Source: Octopus vulgaris (taxonomy: Eukaryota). From it: a stretch of DNA of 64,000 bases. Position 1 is the stretch's first letter; every line of letters begins with the position of its first letter. The position numbers were made by a program, and so were the translations under genes. The notes below the pieces were generated by a model. The model had not been told where the DNA came from, searched no databases, and saw only the letters and a program-made list of their open reading frames with translations. Shown in pieces: positions 55,380-64,000 of the stretch. Location of the stretch: positions 66,154,001-66,218,000 of the forward strand of contig OX597822.1 of NCBI GenBank assembly GCA_951406725.2, written 5' to 3'.

Positions 55380-57061
55380 GATTGAAGCCTCTGGTAGTTT
55401 AATTCCTGTGTGAGTGATGCCTTCCACAAGTTGGGTGTGTTATTGGCAGATGCATCATTATGCCATTGCTAATGATCGCAAACGTTCGCTGTGGTGGCAG
55501 AAAATTTAGACATCCCTGAATTGTGGTCAAGTATGGAAGCTATCAGGTACCTTTCCTCACATATCTTAGTGATTGAACTGCAATCCTGTATTTGTCATCA
55601 CCGACGACAGTCTTACTAGATATTTTCTGTAGTCATGTCTTCAGAGCCCTTAATCCCAGGAACAAGCAATTAAGTGTGATTCCAGTTGTGATCATGAACA
55701 TAGCAGATACTCAATAGTTTGCCGATGATGTGGAGCAAATGAAAAATGAGGAGCAGCATAAGATAGACGAACGTAATATATTCTTCATAAGTACTAACAT
55801 GTCTTTTCTCCTCGGAAGATTTTACCTTCAGGGACAGTTGAGAACTTGTGAGCAACTGCTTAGCTCAAAAACTGCTTCGATTTCAAGGTCATTATATAGT
55901 CATATACAAGATGGAAGACTTTTTGTTGGGTTGTTATATACTCGTATGCTAGATGAAAAATCTGTTATTAGGTAATGTGGATAGCATGATAACAAGAGAG
56001 ACGAAAATAGAACCTGTCAGAAATGAAAATGCTTACTGTCTTTCATTACAGCAAGTTCGATTACAAGGAGCAAATTTTGAGCAAAGTAAAGCGGTACTGC
56101 AGCCCCATTTCCTCTGAGTGGGCGGTATGCTTTCATTTGGTAGTTTTATTTTATTTAATTAATTAATTCTAATGATATATGTTTTAATATGTATTCGTTT
56201 CACACGATTTTTGTATGTGTGAATGAAGCCTGGTGGCAATAAATATGTTGTTTTTATATTTGCTGTTAGTCTTTCTTGTTTATTTTGTTGTATTTTATCT
56301 ATGAAAATGTAGGCGTAGTTATTATTCGTATTATTGCTGTATTTTTTCTGCCTGTGTAATCCTGTTTGTTGAGATAAGTTATTTTTTGTTGATAATTTTT
56401 CTTCTATTTCCGTTATTTTTCTTTGCTGCGGTTGATGCGGTTGCTGTTAGTGTTCCTTCAGCTCTAGTATCAGAAGCTGCCTATATTTGCAAGTATTTCG
56501 ACTCTGTAGTATTTATTTAAATTTTGTTTCAACTTTTTTGTTTTGTTTTGTTACTTTTGATTTAACATAAATTTTCCAAGTAAACTGGCTCCGGTTTGTC
56601 TAGGATTTTAAATTGACACTAACTTAACCAAAATGTTGCAAAAATTGAGTCTAGAAAATATCGTGTTTGTGTTTGCAAAGCTAATAATGCGATTAAGTAA
56701 CATCCTCAGGACAATATTTTGTTCAGAAGCACGTTAATCATTTCATGATGCTTCAACCATTTTAAACATCAATTTCTTACTTCCGGTTAATGATTTCCTT
56801 TTTTTTACATATTTTTTTGTTCCTTTGTACGAAATTTATTTAGTATAATATGTTTAAACATGAAAAATTTCAAGTAAAGCAAACATAACCACATAAAACA
56901 GACTCAGGACATCAGGGAGTCCGCTACTTACAGGGATTTCTATATGTGTTCATAGATTGCTAGCAAGCAAGGACAGAAGCAACAAGATCGTAATCTGGGA
57001 TATCATTTGTTTGCATTGTGGACAAAATGTTTAAGAATACCACAGAGTTTTATTGTTTTCC

Positions 57062-57179
<118 letters not shown>

Positions 57180-57444
57180 TTTAGTGAGAGAGCAGTGCAT
57201 GCCATCAAAGTGACACTTGGGTAAAATATACGAAGCCCAGTATACCCATCATGACTACCCGTCTGATAAGGGTACTCGCTCAACTATTTAATGTCAAACA
57301 CCTGGCAAGCAAATCTGTGGTATTGAGCAAAATATTTGCTGTAGCCCATCTTCTATACCATGACAACTCGATGTACGTGATCACACTGCCAATTGGCTAA
57401 GATAAGAAGCCATGAGAGTCACTGCCCCGTATTGCGTTCGGGCA
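57180..57444 (-). mobile_element. ~265-bp retroelement 3'-UTR-like insert in (TAA)n/(TAG)n arrays
   Basis: Complex sequence bounded by trinucleotide arrays, adjacent to the R4/Dong fragments. No ORF. Confidence 0.5.
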
Positions 57445-57504
<60 letters not shown>

Positions 57505-57505
57505 C

Positions 57506-57564
<59 letters not shown>

Positions 57565-57614
57565 CATTATTATTATTATTATCATCATCATCATCATCAT
57601 CATTATTATTATTA

Positions 57615-57675
<61 letters not shown>

Positions 57676-58992
57676 GATTTATGGTGTCTTTACCTTATAA
57701 TATTATTTCAGCTGCCTTGGTAGAGGGCATCCTCAGGAAGACAAGATTAGCAAGGGCATGGGATTTTTTTTTTGCTATGCATGCTAAAATTATTACCACG
57801 TTTATTCCATTTTAGATGGAGAGTGCTTTCCGTAGTATATGGGCTGTACCAATCAAGGTTATCTTTTGTAGTTCACGGAGATAGGGTTACCTGGGATTTG
57901 CTTAATATACTTCTCAGCTGCCTTCTTTACCATCCCCAACGCACCAATTACTACTGGTATTATCGTAGTAGTAAGCTTCCACATTTTGAGATTTCAATTT
58001 GCAGATCTTTATAGTGAGAAAACTTTTCATATTCCTTTCTTGAGACATTTTGATCTTGTGAGACAGACATCTATTAACAGACAAGTTTCTCTGTTGTAGT
58101 CCTTGATCAGAATGTCTGGTCGATTGGAGTCAATTTTTCTGTCTTTTTGTATTGGGAAGTTCGAAATTATGGTTACGCCTTCGCCATTTACTACACTCTC
58201 TGGATGGTGCCTGTACCATTTATCATAATTTTGTTGTATTTACAAGCATTCCAGTGGATGTACTGCCCTAGTCTGTCATGTCTTATAAGGTACTCCTTCT
58301 CAGCGAGGACTGCGCAACCAGAAACATGATAAATTGTCTCTGTGAATTTTCTTCAAATTCCGCGCGAGTTGGGTCAGATTCATATTCAAGGACGTTTGCA
58401 TGGTAGTTTCTGGTAAGCTCTGATCTTGCGCTGCAACAACAAACCCCTCTGTTTCAGATTTTAAGCCAGAGGCCATTAGCCATTGATGGGTCAGGGCTTT
58501 GTCGATATATGCATTATTCACTCTCTTTGGGTATTTGCCATAGAGAGGTTTTTCTTGGCATTTATTATTCAGAATATCTAAGGCCGCAGTTTTGGCACGG
58601 GTTTTCATGCGCCTAGCTTTTTCTGTGCTTGTTTCTTGTATATCTATCTCTAATTCCGAAATTAGTTGTATTCGGAATTCACTTAGATATTCCTTTGCCT
58701 GTTTTGTGACTGAGTATGATGCTTTCTTGTTTTCATGTTTTGAGACAAGTTTTAACATCCAGTCCTCAGAGTTTTTCAGGTAGGTGTCTAGGCCAATTGT
58801 AGCAATCTTCATTGTTATTGCCAGTTGCAAAAGACCACGGCCTCCCTCTTTTCTTGGCAGATAGAGTCGTTCTGTATCTGCCTTAGGGTGGTGCATTCTA
58901 TGCATTGTCAACAGTTTCCTTATTTTTCTATCGAGCTGACATATTTCAGTAATTGACCAGTTAACAATATTGAAACAATATTGAAACTGTAA
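57676..58992 (-). mobile_element. R4/Dong-clade (RLE) non-LTR retrotransposon, 5'-truncated copy 1
   Basis: MHHPKADTERLYLPRKEGGRGL, GLKSETEGFVVAAQDQ and the RLE motif NRPDILIKDY..CLLID..KEYEKFSHYKDL. Both ends lie in (TAA)n. Confidence 0.9.
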
Positions 58993-59006
58993 TATTATTA
59001 TTATTA

Positions 59007-59099
<93 letters not shown>

Positions 59100-59100
<1 letters not shown>

Positions 59101-61180
59101 GGTTTATGGTTTCTTTACCTTATAATATTATTTCAGCTGCCTTGGTAGAGGGCATCCTCCGGAAGACAAAATTAGCAAGGGCATGGGTTTTTTTTGCTAT
59201 GCATGCTAAAATTATCACCACGTTTATTCTGTTTTAGATGGAGAGTGCTTTCCGTAGTATATGGGCTGTACCAATCAAGGTTATCTTTTGTAGTTCACGG
59301 AGATTGGAGTTACCAGGGAGTTGCTTAATATACTTCTCAGCTGCCTTCTTTACCATCCCCAACGCACCAATTACTACTGGTATTATCGTAGTAGTAAGCT
59401 TCCACATTTTTAAGATTTCAATTTGCAGATCTTTATAGTGAGAAAACTTTTCATATTCCTTTCTTGAGACATTTTGATCTTGTGAGACAGATATCTATTA
59501 ACAGACAAGTTTCTCTGTTGTAGTCCTTGATCAGAATGTCGGGTCGATTGCGGTCAATTTTTCTGTCTTTTTGTATTGGGAAGTTCGAAAGTGTGGCTAC
59601 GCCTTCGCCATTTACTACACTCTCTGGATGGTGCCTGTACCATTTATCATAATTTTGTTGTATTTACAAGCATTCCAGTGGATGTACTGCCCTAGTCCGT
59701 CATGTCTTATAAAGTACTCCTTCTCAGCGAGGACTGGGCAACCAGAAACATGATAAATTGTCTCTGTGAATTTTCTTCAAATTCTGCGCGAGGGGTCAGA
59801 TTCATATTTAAGGACGTTTGCATGTTAGTTTCTGGTAAGCTCTGATCTGGCGCTGCAACAACAACACCTTTTGTCTCCCCTTTCAGACCTGTCCCTTGTA
59901 GACATTGGTGTATGAGACTTTGATCAATATCTGGCTTTGACAGGCGGTCTGGGCATTTTCCATGCAGGAGTGTGCCCTTCTAGTTGTCTTCGATATTATT
60001 CATATAAGCCTCTTTTGCTTTTTGGTTGATATTCTTTGCATCAGTGGTAGGTTTCACTATTTGGATCTCGTTGGTCTTTCTGATTGCTAATTTCTAGATT
60101 AGGAGAAGCAATGGTAAATCTGTCAGGAATTGGGTGCCTTTAGTCATTCTTATTGTTAAATTGTAGACCAAGAGGCTTTTAAAATTTCTTACTAAGGTTC
60201 ATGATTAAAGCTTGCTTGGAATCTTCATGCTTCAGTGTATTTCGTACGAGCACATCACTTGATTATTAAGGTAAATTTGAAGGCCTATTATTGATAATTT
60301 GAAGGATTGTTCGAGCTGCAACAGGCCTCTTCCACTTATTTTTCTTGGGAGATAGATCCTGTGTACATCTGATTTTGGATGGTGCATTCGGTACCTTGTA
60401 AGGATCTTACGGATCTTTCCATCCATATTCTTCATGTTAGTGAGACTCCACTTAATGATACCGAAGCTATATGTGGTTACTGGTATGTCCAAAGAATTGA
60501 TCGCATTAATTCTGTTAGCAGCATTTAATTCTGAGTTTAGGGCCATTGTTATCCTTTGGTACCATTCCTTGCGGAATTTCTCTTTAATTTTAGAGTGTTG
60601 GATGCCGTCACCTTCATTGGTTCCCAACATATTTGTATACTTATGACTGGTCTAGGTTTCGAATAGCTGTGGAAGTATCAAATTGTATGTTTTCTGCTTT
60701 TATGAACTTTCCTGCTTTGAAAGTAGCCTTTGCACATTTATCAAGTCCGAATTCCATATCTATATCAGAGGCATATTCTTTGACAATATTCAGGAGATTT
60801 TCTAATTCTTTGTCATTTTTGGCAACAGTTTTAGATCATCCATATAGAGTTGATGATTAATTTTCTGGTCAAAGATCTTATACCCTTTCTTCGCATTATT
60901 CAGTGTGGTTAATGGGAACAGAGCGAGGCAGAATGGTAATGGTGATAATGAGTCACCTTGAAGGATGCCACCGGCAATATTGATGTCTGATGAGGTGGTG
61001 TATCCTTCAGTTTGGTTTACAAAGAGGGTGAATCTCCACGAATTCATGATTAATTTTTAAAAGTTCACAATTGTTTGAGCTACCTTGTAAATTCCCAAAG
61101 TCTTGATGATCCATGCATGGGGGACACTGTCAAAAGCCTTCTTGTAATCTATCCAAGCGGTGCTAAGGTGTCTGCGTTTG
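59100..61180 (-). mobile_element. R4/Dong-clade non-LTR retrotransposon, 5'-truncated copy 2
   Basis: RT motifs WIDYKKAFDSVPHAWI, GILQGDSLSPL and LYMDDLKL, then MHHPKSDVHRIYLPRKISGRGL and the RLE. Frameshifted; flanked by TAA repeats. Confidence 0.9.
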
Positions 61181-63462
61181 GATTTTATTACTATTATTAT
61201 TATTCAGTAGTCTTATTTTTATAACGTGCTTTCACTGAACTTATCATTATTATTATTATTTCACCGATTGATGTTGCTACTGTAATTATTTTACAATATA
61301 AAATTAGGTGTTAGGTTGCGAAAGAGACTTTAATTATATAGCATAATGCTAACTTCTGGGGAGTCGAAATTTTAATACAGCTGTGATATTCTCTTTTTCG
61401 TCATGATCATTATAATCTAGCCCTTATCTTGCCCCCGGCCCTTCTGTCGTCTCGAGCCTGTCAGCCTTTACCTAAATCGCATTTAACCTTATATCAACCA
61501 CACTCACTTCTTCCTTACATCTACCAACGTAGCTGTAATCTATTTCATCCACCGATTGTATTAGAGTTCCTGTCCTATATACACCGACATTATTCTCTCT
61601 TCCACACTTCCACCAACACCAACATCAACACAACAGTTCCATTCATTTAATTATTTTGTATTCACAGACGCTGTCCACCCCATCGACCCTACATTTATTC
61701 AACCCTCCTCTCTTACCAATGTAATCATCATACCTTCTATCTCTCTTTCTAACCTAAACTCTCTCTTCACTCTAGAGTCCATTGGATTTATAACCATCAC
61801 CTCTTGTGCTGAGGGGCTTTCGAACTGCATAATAAAGGCAAAATTTCTACAACAATCCAAATTGCACGTTTCTTATCATAAGCCTAAAGCTCTGGTGGTT
61901 CTATTGATTTCGGCCTTCAGCCATGCAAGTCAAAGTCCATTCCAAGCAAAATTCAAAACCCTGTGCACTAGGCTCAATTTTGTCTTTCACTCTTGATTCG
62001 ATAATATAAAATAGTAATAAAGAACCCAGTTTGATAGAATCGAACAACCCTTTCAAAGACAATACACAATTGGTTTTGCCTGAATTAGAAGCATTGTTGA
62101 TAAGAGATTTTAATAGGCTGCCAAAAGTATCTAGAGGATTTTAGCTACGGCCCTTAACGATTCTGGGCTTAAGTCCAGCCCAAATCAACATTTCCGTTCG
62201 TCCATGTACGATCAATAAAACAAAGAACTAATCAAGTATTGGAAACTATTAAATCAAGTAAAAGTTTTCCCTAAATTCCAGTTTTTGTTCCCACATCGGA
62301 AACAATTACTATTGTTTAGATGATAGTGTATTTGCGATTCTCAGTTCGAATGTACCTAACTTAAATTTGTCGTTCAACTCACTCCAATATAATATATATC
62401 TATGTGTGTTTTTGTATGTATGTTTGTGTGTTTGTGTGTCTGTGCTCATATTGTTTCCATTCATTTCTACTTCTTTTCCTCAACAAATAGTTGGCCTTTT
62501 GCCAGTGAGATAAATCGTCATCTTAATAATATAATCATCATCATTATTAATGTTTTTTTCCTATTTTATTCTTTAAAACACCATCATATGTTTCCCACTT
62601 CCAACTCACTAATACTCTGTTAGTCTTCTTGATACTATTATAGCTAATCAAATTATTTGCTTGCATAAAGCAAACTATAATCTTAACAAAACGTGAAAAA
62701 AATAAGAAGAGAAACGTTACGAATGTTGCTCGGAATATTGGAAGAGATTAAATAAATAAATATGAACATATGCTCATAACTAAACTTGAGAAAATGAAAA
62801 AGACACACATTTATACCAAGAAAATATATGCGTTTCAATAAATATTTTTTTTCCTAGAAAAAACAAATAATATAAAATAAAGTCAATAAAGCAAAAATTG
62901 GAGTTTTCCGATTAAAAAGTGTCTAAAATTAAAAACCAAAAATAATTGAGTTAGTGTAAAGAAAACAAAATACCTGGTATTAAAATCTAGAATAAACAAT
63001 TTTTAGATTTTATTTGGATTTAAATACGTTGGGATTTGTTCTATATTTGTATCTCCAATATGTGTTTGCTCATCCTACCGACACTTCAGATGTTTTTGGC
63101 GTCTTAATATACCTAACGCATAATTTTCTGTTTGCATTACTCATAGATACGTCCGTGTTGAACATTTCAGCACATGTGTACTCAATACATGTACTTACAG
63201 GCATACATATATACGCATGCATATGCATGTACATATACACATTCGCACAGATAAACACACAGAGATGCAAATATACACATATATGATGTTCACACACACA
63301 CACACACATATTCTTACATATGCCTATAGATATAAATATGTATATTTATATATTAATATCAATATCTATATCTATAAATATGTACATTTGTATGCATTAT
63401 ATATATATGTGTTTCCCATATATATATATATATGCGTCTTTGTGTGTGTGTATAAATATATG

Positions 63463-63503
<41 letters not shown>

Positions 63504-63550
63504 ATGTATATATGTAATATACCTGTGTATGTATATATACATATACATAC

Positions 63551-63588
<38 letters not shown>

Positions 63589-64000
63589 TCATATACTGGC
63601 ATGTATGCATTATACCTACAAGCGTAAGTACTTTTACACATATACAATCATATATACATACATATGGTATGTGTCCAGTCATAAAACTTTTATCTATTTT
63701 TACACTTCAGCATCATAGAAACGTATTTATATATTCCTGTCTGCAAGACGTATATATTTGCAAAATAGAGTATGAGATTATACAAGTTTATATGAGAAAT
63801 AAATAATCTCGTATATACTTATGTTTAACCGAAATCTAGTATATAACACCACGTTAAATCTATCATACAAAATCACATACACAGAGACCTTCACACACAT
63901 AAACACACATACATACGTCCGTATATACCTATGTGGTATATATACTATATTTCTATGTTTCTTTGTTTCTGTGTGTGTATATGTATGCATTTTTATACAT

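Noticed and set aside
55400-55930. Possible RTE-like RT remnant (IIGKLLSICYVHD resembling LRYADD)
   Set aside because: Too degenerate to support without a profile search.

Overview
AT-rich, microsatellite-dense eukaryotic non-coding DNA (intergenic or intronic). The SINE families and repeat landscape look like Octopus/cephalopod DNA, an inference from remembered repeat consensuses, not a database search. I can support no host protein-coding exon: most listed ORFs are translations of simple repeats or SINEs. The window is a mosaic of mobile elements: three tRNA-derived SINE families, an internally deleted Tx1/L1-clade LINE inside a (TATC)n array, two R4/Dong-type LINE fragments inside (TAA)n arrays, a CR1-group LINE 3' end, Penelope-like (PLE) GIY-YIG fragments, several Tc1/mariner relics and MITEs, a non-autonomous Helitron, and a 5'-truncated tRNA-Glu copy. 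Four observations stand out. (1) About ten type I hammerhead ribozyme motifs from several unrelated sequence families, all next to (TA)n tracts. Three of these families form the same fold-back unit: (TA)n, inverted arm, arm with ribozyme, 60-70 nt tail, (TA)n. One of them has a G3-C8 swapped catalytic core. (2) Two SINE/LINE partner pairs can be read directly from shared 3' stem-loops, including a SINE sharing its tail with a Tx1-clade LINE. (3) An RT-less Tx1 element retains a near-intact ORF1. (4) Each retroelement class occupies its own microsatellite motif.
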